This document shows, one piece after another, positions 35,897 through 43,868 of a stretch of 44,369 nt of DNA. The DNA is taken from positions 1 to 44,369 of the forward strand of contig CAYMQN010000006.1 in assembly GCA_964392545.1 (NCBI GenBank), given 5' to 3'. This stretch comes from an uncultured Desulfobacteraceae bacterium. GTDB lineage: Bacteria; Desulfobacterota; Desulfobacteria; Desulfobacterales; UBA5852. The notes below the pieces were generated by a model. That model worked only from the letters and a program-made list of their open reading frames with translations. It searched no databases and was not told the origin of the DNA. How positions within the stretch are numbered: position 1 is the first letter of the stretch; each line of letters begins with the position of its first letter. The position numbers and the translations under genes are program-made.

Positions 35897-36313
35897 TCAA
35901 GGCTCCGGGCGGTGGCAGGCCCCGCACATTTCGGGGCCGGAGGCCGCGTCGGCCTTGCGTGTTTCGATATGACACCCGATGCACTGGCGATGGTAGGCGT
36001 CCTGCCGCTCCAGGTCGGCCTGGTCATTGTGGCAGGCGGCACAGCGAATGGCCGGGTTGCCTTCCACCAGTTCATCCTCGTCGAGGACGTTGACCCCGTC
36101 CTCATAGGCGTGATGACACGCCAGACATTCCAGAAGCTCCATGTGCAGCTCGTGGGTGAAGGCCACGGGGGGGCGCTGGGACGGGACATCTTGATCAGTC
36201 CCTAAAACGATTTCCGCTTCCTGCGCCACGGCGCAGGGCGCCAGGGCGAGACCGGTGACAGCCAGGACAACCATGGCCAGCAGCATGGAGCGCGTTTTGT
36301 GATTCCTATGCAC
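35897..36313 (-). CDS. Periplasmic tetrahaem cytochrome c3-family protein
   Basis: The GTG at 36313 follows AAGGAGAAAGG (alternative ATG at 36286). A signal peptide reads MLLAMVVLAVTGLALAPCAVA. There are four CxxCH motifs (CLACH, CAACH, CIGCH, CGACH) in about 110 mature residues. The c3 signature F-x-H-x2-H-x4-C-x2-C-H-H is present (AFTHELHMELLECLACHH). Confidence 0.85.
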   Translation of the reverse strand: MHRNHKTRSMLLAMVVLAVTGLALAPCAVAQEAEIVLGTDQDVPSQRPPVAFTHELHMELLECLACHHAYEDGVNVLDEDELVEGNPAIRCAACHNDQADLERQDAYHRQCIGCHIETRKADAASGPEMCGACHRPEP

Positions 36314-36369
36314 GGCGTTACCTTTCTCCTTAAAGCCTCTCGGGACCACCCTCCATCGCAGGAGGGCCG

Positions 36370-36768
36370 CTACGCCTCCGGTTGTTCGAGGTCGCTCCAC
36401 TCGAAGTAGACGTCCTGGGAGCGGCAGATGTCGCGCGCCAGGGCGATCATCTCCGGGATGTCGATGCCCAGCGGGCAATAGCACCGGGTGCACAACACGC
36501 ATCGCCGCCATGCGATTTCCTTGATTTCCTCGAATTCCTCCCGGTCGATCTTCCCCTTCTTTTTGTAGAGTTTGCCGATGGAGTTGATAAACTTGTGGGA
36601 CGGCATGTAGCGGGGATCGCCTTCATGGACGTGGTACAAAAAACAGCTTTCCGCACACAGGCTGCAATGGGCGCAGACCCGCAGGGCGGTTTTCATTTTG
36701 TCGGCGTGCTGCGCCAGCATGCGGCGGATTTCCTCGTGGTCGATGGGCGCTCGATCGTCTGAACTCAT
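36370..36768 (-). CDS. Small 2x[4Fe-4S]-type iron-sulfur protein (HdrC / HdrD-N-terminal-like), no CCG domain
   Basis: 132 aa. It carries CAHCSLCAESC (CxxCxxCxxxC) and CVLCTRCYCP (CxxCxxCxCP). SD GGAGACAGGA upstream. There is no signal peptide, so it is probably cytoplasmic. Confidence 0.75.
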   Translation of the reverse strand: MSSDDRAPIDHEEIRRMLAQHADKMKTALRVCAHCSLCAESCFLYHVHEGDPRYMPSHKFINSIGKLYKKKGKIDREEFEEIKEIAWRRCVLCTRCYCPLGIDIPEMIALARDICRSQDVYFEWSDLEQPEA

Positions 36769-36793
36769 TCCTGTCTCCGCTGGAAGGCGGCGC

Positions 36794-37477
36794 TTAGCGC
36801 CACACGCGGCTCCCGCCGCTTCCCATGGTATTCTCGTGGACCAGTACGAACCGGTTGATGAAATAAAACGGCATGTGTACCAGCTTGGTGAACGGTATGG
36901 CCATCAACATGATTTCGCCGGCCAGCATGTGCAGAAGGATCACCGTATCGTAGTCGAACAGGTGATGGTAGGCCAAAAAGCCGGTGATGAAGGGGGCCGT
37001 GGCAATCAGCAGAACCAGGTAGTCATAGGCCGTTGAAATGGCCCGCACGCGGGCCAGAAAGATCCGGCGCAGCAGAAAGAAAAGGCCGCCGGCCAGAACC
37101 GCGACGGTCAGGCCGTCGGCCACCGCTTCCGGCAGGCTGGGCAGGCTGGCATGCCAGGCGATATCGAGCAGGACGTTGTGGCCCAGCACGAAAAGCGGGG
37201 TCAGCAGCAGCGCCAGGTGGAAAAGGGTCGTGACGGCGATCATGACGGGGTTGCGACCGGCCACGGACAACTGCACCTGCTGCCACCAGGTCAGCTCGGG
37301 TTCGGCGGGTGCCTCTTCGGGCTCTTGGGGCGGCTTGCCGAAGGGGATGCGCAGCCGGTAGCGCTCCCTGGGCCGGCTCAATCGGTAGAAGCGGTAGACC
37401 TGGTAGGCCGTGCCCAAGATGAAAACCAAAAAGGCGACCCACACCAGCGGGCCCCTGACAAAATCGTACATTGACAT
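36794..37477 (-). CDS. NarI/DsrM/HdrE-like membrane protein (putative dihaem cytochrome b)
   Basis: 227 aa with about 5 TM helices. Conserved-looking His residues lie in helices (TTLFHLALLL, LGHNVLL, LAYHHLF, ILLHMLAG, KLVHMPF). The overall layout resembles the nitrate-reductase gamma-subunit family. The start may be the second ATG at 37471 (GGGAG plus 6 nt). Confidence 0.7.
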   Translation of the reverse strand: MSMYDFVRGPLVWVAFLVFILGTAYQVYRFYRLSRPRERYRLRIPFGKPPQEPEEAPAEPELTWWQQVQLSVAGRNPVMIAVTTLFHLALLLTPLFVLGHNVLLDIAWHASLPSLPEAVADGLTVAVLAGGLFFLLRRIFLARVRAISTAYDYLVLLIATAPFITGFLAYHHLFDYDTVILLHMLAGEIMLMAIPFTKLVHMPFYFINRFVLVHENTMGSGGSRVWR

Positions 37478-37555
37478 CTCCCGTTAGGTTCTGTCCCTGC
37501 GGCCGGGCATTCTCCGGCGCTCTTCCCAAGGGATGCGCCGGCTTCGCCGCTGACC

Positions 37556-38476
37556 TTAGACCTCCGGCCGAGGCAGGACGCCGGCCCGTTCGGCAATCTC
37601 CGGAACCCGGTGTTCCCACTCGATGGCCATCAGGTGCACCCCGGCCACCCCCTTCATTTCCTTGAACTCCTCGATCTGCTCGCAGGCCATTTTGATCCCT
37701 TCGTCGGCCTGTTTTTTCTTGTCGACGCCCTGCAGGCGCTTGATCACATCATCCGGGACGTCCATGCCCGGCACCTTGCCCTTCATGTAGCGCGCCATAC
37801 CGAGGCTTTTCATGGGGGTGACGCCGGCCAGGATGTAGGTTTTCTCGGTGAGCCCCATATCGTTGGCCTGCCGGATCCATTCGCGCATTTTTTCCATGTT
37901 GTAGATGCACTGGGTCTGGATGAAATCGGCACCGGCCTCCACCTTTTTGGCCAAGCGGTGCACGCGCCACTCGAAGGGTTCCGCAAAAGGATTGGCCGCG
38001 GCGCCGATGAACATCGCGGGAGGGCCGTCGATCTTGCCGCCGCTCAAAAAAAGACCTTCGTCGCGCATGTGCTTGACCATGCCGATCAACTGGATGGAAT
38101 CGATGTCGTAGACGCCTTTGGCGTTCGGGTGGTCGCCGAACTGCTGGTGATCCCCCGACAGGCAGAGCATGTTGCGGATGCCGTGGGCGTAGGCGCCGAG
38201 GATGTCGGCCTGCATGGCCAGGCGGTTGCGGTCGCGGCAAACCATCTGGTAGTTCGGCTCGAGCCCCTCCTGGAGGGCGATCAGGGCGGCCGCCCAACTG
38301 GCCATGCGCACCATCGCCGTCTGGTTGTCGGTAATATTGACCGAATCCACCATCCCTTTCAGGGGCGCGGCTTTTTCGCGAACCACCTCGACGTTCGAGC
38401 CGCGTGGAGGGCCCAATTCCCCGGTAAAGGCGAAATGGCCCGCTTTGAGAATTCTGGCAAGTCTGCTTTCGCTCAT
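37556..38476 (-). CDS. metF: Methylenetetrahydrofolate reductase (acetogen/anaerobe-type MetF)
   Basis: 306 aa with a TIM-barrel MTHFR pattern (FTGELGPPRG, SVNITDNQTA, CRDRNR, LCLSGDH, ADFIQTQCIYN). SD AGAGGA upstream. Confidence 0.88.
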   Translation of the reverse strand: MSESRLARILKAGHFAFTGELGPPRGSNVEVVREKAAPLKGMVDSVNITDNQTAMVRMASWAAALIALQEGLEPNYQMVCRDRNRLAMQADILGAYAHGIRNMLCLSGDHQQFGDHPNAKGVYDIDSIQLIGMVKHMRDEGLFLSGGKIDGPPAMFIGAAANPFAEPFEWRVHRLAKKVEAGADFIQTQCIYNMEKMREWIRQANDMGLTEKTYILAGVTPMKSLGMARYMKGKVPGMDVPDDVIKRLQGVDKKKQADEGIKMACEQIEEFKEMKGVAGVHLMAIEWEHRVPEIAERAGVLPRPEV

Positions 38477-38774
38477 AGAATGATTCCTCTGTCCCAGTTC
38501 GCGTCGTCAAACGTTGCGGCGCCGGGATGACGGCAGGCGCAACGCTAATCTTATCAGGGCTATTTGAGAATTGTGGTATATGGCATATTCGCCAAACCGG
38601 TGTCAAGTTGCTGACCATTTAAAAAGGTCAATATTTCAAAGGGATTTATGCAACAAAGCCCATCGAGCCCATGTTATGAAATGATGCTCATTTGCCGTGT
38701 GGGACAATGCGCATAAGAAGGGGGAGGAGAGAAGGCGGTGGCCGTTAGGATGGGTTCAGGGACACCTGAAAAGG

Positions 38775-39191
38775 CTATTCGCCGATGATTTTGACGAGCA
38801 CCCGCTTTTTGCGGCGGCCGTCGAATTCACCGTAGAAAATGCGCTCCCAGGTGCCGAAATCCAGGCGCCCCCCGGTGACGGCCACCACCACTTCGCGCCC
38901 CATGATCTGCCGTTTCATATGGGCGTCGGCGTTGTCTTCGCCGACGTTGTGGCGGTACTGCTCGACCGGGGCGTGGGGGGCCAGCTTTTCCAGCCAGACG
39001 TCGTAGTCGTGGTGCAGGCCGGATTCGTCGTCGTTGATGAAGACGGAAGCGGTGATGTGCATGGCGTTGACCAAAGCCAACCCCTCCTGGATACCGCTTT
39101 CATCGATGCATTTCTGGACGTCGGGGGTGATGTTGATAAAGGCCCGGCGGGTGGGCACGTTGAACCACAATTCTTTGCGATAGCTTTTCAT
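38775..39191 (-). CDS. yjbQ: YjbQ/UPF0047-family protein (secondary thiamine-phosphate synthase-like)
   Basis: 138 aa. The sequence reads ...[42 protein letters not shown]...[35 protein letters not shown], a good by-eye match to the UPF0047 family. Confidence 0.8.
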   Translation of the reverse strand: MKSYRKELWFNVPTRRAFINITPDVQKCIDESGIQEGLALVNAMHITASVFINDDESGLHHDYDVWLEKLAPHAPVEQYRHNVGEDNADAHMKRQIMGREVVVAVTGGRLDFGTWERIFYGEFDGRRKKRVLVKIIGE

Positions 39192-39205
39192 GGGGCTCTT
39201 CCCTT

Positions 39206-40171
39206 CTAACCGCGCGGGTTGATTTCCCGGATGGCCTGTTCCAGGAGGCGGCCCACCTCACGGGCCCATGCAAAAGACTGGGCCTTGCGGGGGATATTGG
39301 CCATTTCATCGAAGGTGGCCGCGGTGATGTTCAACTTCTTCCAGCCTTCCTGGCCGAAGGTAATCCGGGCACTCTCGGGGTAGATGTCGAAAAGCGTGAG
39401 CACTTCGGCCCGGGGATTGCCGGGAAGCTCGTATTCCAGGCCGACCCCCTTGTTGCGGTATTGGATCTGGAGGCGTGGATTGCCGTGGAGCACATTGACC
39501 ATTTTGGAGTGCAGATAGACCAGGGCCCCGGACACCTGGCGCGAGTGGTGCCGAAGCTGGGAGAGAAAGCTCTCCACGGTCAATTGGCGGGTGCGGTCGT
39601 CGCGGAGGTGCTGGGAGGCGTTTTTGACGAACTCGATCTGCGCCTCTTCGATGCTCTGCCCCGCCAGACGCTCGGCCACGTGGTTATAAAGCGCGCTGTT
39701 TTTTTTGAAGAAATACTTTTTGCCGAGCATTGCGTCCAGCTCGCCCAGAAGTTTGTTGCCGTCCCTGCCGGTGAGCTCCTCGAAGGCAAACCGGAGGACG
39801 GGCTCGGCTTCGGAAAGATTTTCCTGGTTGAGAAGTGTGCAATAGAGCGCCATGTGCTGGCCGGTGGACAGGAAGATCCAGGGACAATTGAGGCGAAAGC
39901 TGTACTCCAGATATTGGTTGATATCCTCTTCGAGAATGTCGGACCAGGATTTGACCTCCACGATGACGGCGGGATTGTCGTCTTTGAACAGGACGATGTC
40001 GAGGCCCTGATGGTCGAAATCCATATCGCCCAACAGGTTCCACCCGATGGTCTGGAAAATGGGTACGATGATTTTGCTTTTGATGTTCTCCTTGTTGCCC
40101 TTGCGTCCGGCAACGATGTGTTTGTCGACATCGACGGATTTCAGGTGGGTGCGCAGTCTTGCAAAACTCAT
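39206..40171 (-). CDS. Hypothetical protein with N-terminal PD-(D/E)xK nuclease-like (HsdR-N-type) domain and unknown C-terminal domain
   Basis: From the ATG at 40171 the sequence reads ...[49 protein letters not shown]. This is an E...D...E-x-K arrangement as in type I restriction R-subunit N-terminal domains. About 200 further residues match no family I recognise. The gene is visibly more AT-rich than its neighbours and lies 14 nt upstream of yjbQ. Confidence 0.55.
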   Translation of the reverse strand: MSFARLRTHLKSVDVDKHIVAGRKGNKENIKSKIIVPIFQTIGWNLLGDMDFDHQGLDIVLFKDDNPAVIVEVKSWSDILEEDINQYLEYSFRLNCPWIFLSTGQHMALYCTLLNQENLSEAEPVLRFAFEELTGRDGNKLLGELDAMLGKKYFFKKNSALYNHVAERLAGQSIEEAQIEFVKNASQHLRDDRTRQLTVESFLSQLRHHSRQVSGALVYLHSKMVNVLHGNPRLQIQYRNKGVGLEYELPGNPRAEVLTLFDIYPESARITFGQEGWKKLNITAATFDEMANIPRKAQSFAWAREVGRLLEQAIREINPRG

Positions 40172-40452
40172 GGCCTTTGTCCCCCGAGGGTTGGGCGGTA
40201 GACGATCAGGGCATCGCCACACAGGCCTGGCCGGCAACAGGCGCTTGCAGGTACGTGCCGTGACGGGCATCGGACACCATCTCGGCGGTTGGCGAGCGAA
40301 CCGTTTGGATGGCGATCGGCCGGAATGGTCCCCTCCAACCTTCCGGCGCAAAAAAGCGAATGATTCGGGTGTTACAACAAACGATCACATCATAGCATAC
40401 AAGCGCGGGAGTTAAAAGCGGACGCGCGGCCGGCAGGGGCCTAAGCGACGGT

Positions 40453-40492
40453 CCGCGGAGGAGCCGCCGCCACTAGGCGGGGTCCTCCGCGG
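40453..40492. other. Strong GC-rich hairpin/palindrome (10-bp stem) in intergenic DNA
   Basis: CCGCGGAGGA at 40453..40462 pairs with TCCTCCGCGG at 40483..40492. The loop contains an inner CGCC/GGCG pairing. There is no flanking T- or A-run. Confidence 0.5.
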
Positions 40493-40553
40493 TAAACCGC
40501 GAACCGGACAGGGGCGGGGAACAGGCCGCCTGGACGATCCCCGGCGACGCTCA

Positions 40554-42134
40554 TCAAAAATCCTGGAACGTCCCGTCATGGTCGTCGAGGGGAATCACCT
40601 GCTCCGAGCGCGGCTTGTGCGGAGCGGCCGCCTTGGCCATCCGTTGTTGGGCGGCCGCCGGTCGCTTGGCCCCTTTCGGCACCATGGCGGATTGGCGACG
40701 GCGGCCATGGCCCTCAACCAGCAGCATGAGCTCCTGCACCATGTGCTTCATTTGCTCGGCCTGGGCATTGAGCTCTTCCGACGCCGATGCGGATTCTTCG
40801 GCGCTGGCGGCATTCTGCTGGACGACCTTGTCCATTTCGGTGACGGCCGTGTTGATTTGTTCGACACCCTGGGCCTGCTCGGAGGAGGCCGCGGCGATTT
40901 CACCGACCAGATCCCCTACCTTGGTGGATGCCTCGGCCACTTCGGCGAAGGCGGCATTGGTGCGGTGGACGAGTTCGGAGCCGTCCTTGACCCGTTTCGA
41001 GGTGTCCTCGATCAGCGCCGAGGTATTCTTGGCGGCTTCCGCCGCACGGATGGCCAGATTGCGCACTTCGTCGGCGACCACGGCAAAACCGGCCCCCGCT
41101 TCACCGGCCCGGGCAGCCTCAACGGCTGCGTTGAGCGCCAGCAGATTGGTCTGAAAGGCGATTTCATCGATGGTTTTCACGATCTTCTGGGTTTCTTCGC
41201 TCGACTGGCTGATGTCATCCATGGATTGGGTCAACTGCGACATTTCTCCGGTAGCGCGCCCGACCACATCATTGGCCTCTCTCATGAGGTGGTTGGCCTG
41301 TCCGGCATTGTCGGCATTCTGCTGGGTCATCGAGGCCATTTCTTCCAGCGAGGCGGAGGTCTCCTCGATGCTGGCCGCCTGCTCGGAGGCCCCTTCGGCC
41401 AGGGATTGGCTTGAAGACGACACCTGGCTCGAAGCCGAGGCGATTTCGTCCGAACCGGTGTTGAGCGATTTGATGATCCGGTCGATGGGCTTGGCAATCG
41501 AACGGGCCATCAGCCAGGAGATGGCCAGCGCGCCGATCGTGATCACGGCCACGACCCCAAAGATGATCGCAAACAGTCCCGCGATCTCTTTCCGGACGTC
41601 ATCGACATAGATGCCGGAGCCGATCACCCAATCCCACCGGGGGAAAAGTTTGACATACGAAATCTTGGGCTGGGGCTTGTCAACACCGGGTTTGGGCCAC
41701 ATGTAATCCACGAACCCGGCGCCGTTCTTTTGGCAGATTTTGACCATTTCCACAAAAAGCTGTTTTCCGTTCGGGTCCTTGGAACCGGACAGATCCTGGC
41801 CGTTCAATTTGGGGTTCATCGGATGCATGATCATGCGCGGCTTGGTATCGTTGATCCAAAAGTAATCTTCGGTTTCGTAGCGCATGGCCTGCAGCGTGGC
41901 GATGGCCCGGGCCTGGGCCTCCTCGCTGGTTGTCTCGCCGCGTTCGGCCGTTGCGGCATGATGGGCAACGACGCTGTAGGCGGTTTCCACCAGATGGCGG
42001 GTCTTGAGATATTTGGCATCATACATGCTGCCCTTGAACTTCGGATACAGCCAGCCAAAAACGGCGCTGAAGGCGATCACGATGACCACCCCCAGCATCA
42101 GAATTCGTGTCGAGAGTTTGAATTTGTTAAACAT
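40554..42134 (-). CDS. Methyl-accepting chemotaxis protein with periplasmic single-Cache-type sensor and HAMP
   Basis: The ATG at 42134 follows GGGGAGG. The layout is TM1, a Cache-like sensor ([15 protein letters not shown]..., [13 protein letters not shown]..., [11 protein letters not shown]), TM2, HAMP, then an MCP signalling domain ([38 protein letters not shown]). Confidence 0.9.
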   Translation of the reverse strand: MFNKFKLSTRILMLGVVIVIAFSAVFGWLYPKFKGSMYDAKYLKTRHLVETAYSVVAHHAATAERGETTSEEAQARAIATLQAMRYETEDYFWINDTKPRMIMHPMNPKLNGQDLSGSKDPNGKQLFVEMVKICQKNGAGFVDYMWPKPGVDKPQPKISYVKLFPRWDWVIGSGIYVDDVRKEIAGLFAIIFGVVAVITIGALAISWLMARSIAKPIDRIIKSLNTGSDEIASASSQVSSSSQSLAEGASEQAASIEETSASLEEMASMTQQNADNAGQANHLMREANDVVGRATGEMSQLTQSMDDISQSSEETQKIVKTIDEIAFQTNLLALNAAVEAARAGEAGAGFAVVADEVRNLAIRAAEAAKNTSALIEDTSKRVKDGSELVHRTNAAFAEVAEASTKVGDLVGEIAAASSEQAQGVEQINTAVTEMDKVVQQNAASAEESASASEELNAQAEQMKHMVQELMLLVEGHGRRRQSAMVPKGAKRPAAAQQRMAKAAAPHKPRSEQVIPLDDHDGTFQDF

Positions 42135-42236
42135 AGGTAACCTCCCCGCATTCAAAGTGTGTTTGCAAAGCAGACGGATGATATCCTAGTGCCATCCATA
42201 AATGGCATCTTTCGGCCCCGGCCGGCGTTCTCGCTC

Positions 42237-42280
42237 TTTGGAAATCCTCGACGTAGCGCGCTACGCCTGCGGTTTCCAAA
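42237..42280. repeat. Nested palindrome: 8-bp inverted repeat TTTGGAAA/TTTCCAAA enclosing the perfect 14-bp palindrome CGTAGCGCGCTACG
   Basis: The arms lie at 42237..42244 and 42273..42280. The inner palindrome lies at 42252..42265. It sits in the 547-bp divergent intergenic region between the MCP and response-regulator genes. Confidence 0.6.
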
Positions 42281-42335
42281 TCGCTGCGGCCTTAGCCGGA
42301 ACCAAAATCTACCATTTCTGGACGGGCACTATCCT

Positions 42336-42447
42336 AGCGCTGCATCGTCATGTCGGCGGCCGGCTTGATGCGATGGAGCGCCCCTTGCAACGAGTATCGG
42401 GAGTTCTTTAGCAGGACTTTAATTTTTTGGGGGAGAGCGCTGCATCG
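42336..42447 (+). repeat. Exact 12-nt direct repeat AGCGCTGCATCG, two copies exactly 100 nt apart
   Basis: The copies lie at 42336..42347 and 42436..42447, in the same intergenic region as the nested palindrome. Confidence 0.6.
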
Positions 42448-42681
42448 CCAATATACCGGCCGGCAGGATGGTTTTGCCGTGCAGCTTACCGGTTTGGGCC
42501 TCTATTGACCCTTTGTGCATATTATGTCATATCGTTTCAGTGAATTACGACTGCACCCGATGCGTGCCGAGCCTGGTGGCGGTGGGCGGCGTCAAACTTC
42601 GGCGCACTTGGCACCGATAATCCTTTGCAGGCCTTTGGATGGCCGCGTGGTTGAGGCGTATTAACCCACCATTCTGACGGG

Positions 42682-43818
42682 ATGAGCCACATGGACAAGG
42701 TTTTGATTGTCGATAGCAATGCCGATTTTCTGAAATCCCTCAAGGACGGACTCGACAAGATGCACCAGTTCGAGGTGCTGACCGCCAGTGACGGGGAAGA
42801 GGCCATCCGGCTCTTGTCCACTGAAAAGGTGGCCGTTTTCGTCACCGACATCAATACGCCCAACCTGGACGGACTGGAATTGCTGGCCTATATGACCCAG
42901 GAGCATCCCAACACGCCCTGCATCGTCATGACCGACTATGGGAAGCCCTGGTTTCGCAAGCGCATGGACCAGCAGGAGGTGCTCTACCACCTGGAAAAGC
43001 CTTTTGAGATCGGCGCTCTGGCCTCGGCCATCTTCGTCGGCCTCAACCTGCGCGATGAGGGCATGAACTACAAAGGCATGACCATGGCCAGCATCCTGCC
43101 GTTGATTGAAATCGAGCAGAAAACCTGCCGCATGGAAGTCAAATCGGCGGGCAAGGGCAAGGGCTACCTCTACTTCGACGAAGGTGTTTTGATCGACGCC
43201 CACCTCAAGGGCAAGACCGGCGAAAGGGCCGCCCTGGCGATTTCCGAATGGGACCGCATCGCCATAAAATTCTCCGATCTGCCCCGGCGGCGCACCCGGA
43301 CGCGGGTCAAGACCCATCTGATGGACATGGCCGGCGCCACCTGGATGCGCGAAGAAACCGAAGCCCTGCAGGAGGACGACTCCACCGGCGAAGGCGCCGT
43401 CCTGGACACCTCCACCAGCCAATCCCTGCTGGACGAGGAAACCAGCCGCAGCATTCTCGCGCTCTCGCTGGAGGATTTCAAATCCATCAAGGGCTACATG
43501 GCCGTGGCCATCCTGGACGCCGACGGCGACGTCATGGCCGCCGACATCCAGGACGAGCACCTCGATCTGGAGCGCCTTGCGGTCGGCGTTTGCAGCATTT
43601 TTTCGGTCGGTGAAGAAACCACCGGGCAAATCGGGTTCGATCACTGCCAGGCCCTCACCCTGCATACGGCCAGCGGCATCATTCTCCTCGTCGCCTCCAA
43701 TCTCGAAGCGGCCGCCGGCTTCCGGCTGATGGGGGTTACCAAACCGGACGGCAACTGGTTCTACATGAAAGTCCAGTTGGAAAATTTGTTTCCCAAAATT
43801 CTGGCGGGCCTGGACTGA
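42682..43818 (+). CDS. Response regulator: receiver domain + DUF4388-like domain + C-terminal Roadblock/LC7-like domain
   Basis: REC features are present: LIVDS, phospho-acceptor context FVTDINTPNLDG, IVMTD and EKPF. The middle segment LPLIEIEQKTCRMEVKS...GYLYFDEGVLIDAHLKGKTGERAALAISEWD resembles DUF4388. The C-terminal segment (IKGYMAVAILDADGDVMAAD...GIILLVAS) is Roadblock/MglB-like. The start may be the ATG at 42691. Confidence 0.75.
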   Translation: MSHMDKVLIVDSNADFLKSLKDGLDKMHQFEVLTASDGEEAIRLLSTEKVAVFVTDINTPNLDGLELLAYMTQEHPNTPCIVMTDYGKPWFRKRMDQQEVLYHLEKPFEIGALASAIFVGLNLRDEGMNYKGMTMASILPLIEIEQKTCRMEVKSAGKGKGYLYFDEGVLIDAHLKGKTGERAALAISEWDRIAIKFSDLPRRRTRTRVKTHLMDMAGATWMREETEALQEDDSTGEGAVLDTSTSQSLLDEETSRSILALSLEDFKSIKGYMAVAILDADGDVMAADIQDEHLDLERLAVGVCSIFSVGEETTGQIGFDHCQALTLHTASGIILLVASNLEAAAGFRLMGVTKPDGNWFYMKVQLENLFPKILAGLD

Positions 43819-43839
43819 TCCTCTCCCTGTTGGAAATGA

Positions 43840-43868
43840 AATTTGTTTGACAAGCCACGCGCGAGCCG
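43840..43868 (+). promoter_or_regulatory. Candidate sigma-70 promoter upstream of the AOR gene (TTGACA, 17-nt spacer, TACAAA)
   Basis: The sequence is tTTGACAagccacgcgcgagccgcTACAAAttt. It would give a leader of roughly 170 nt before the AOR ATG. Confidence 0.3.

Noticed and set aside
35185-36511. The full-length track ORFs 35185..36189 (334 aa) and 35897..36511 (204 aa).
   Set aside because: Their N-terminal extensions overlap neighbouring genes and lack family features. SD-preceded GTG starts at 35859 and 36313 give proteins of the expected MetV and cytochrome c3 sizes.
40453-40492. Calling the GC-rich hairpin an intrinsic terminator for the chemoreceptor gene.
   Set aside because: No U-tract follows the stem on either strand, so I kept it only as a structural element.
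42609-42629. Sigma-54 promoter-like TGGCAC ... TTGCA upstream of the response-regulator gene.
   Set aside because: The two elements are separated by 10 nt rather than the canonical 5 nt. That puts the -24 and -12 elements on different helix faces, so it is not a functional sigma-54 geometry.
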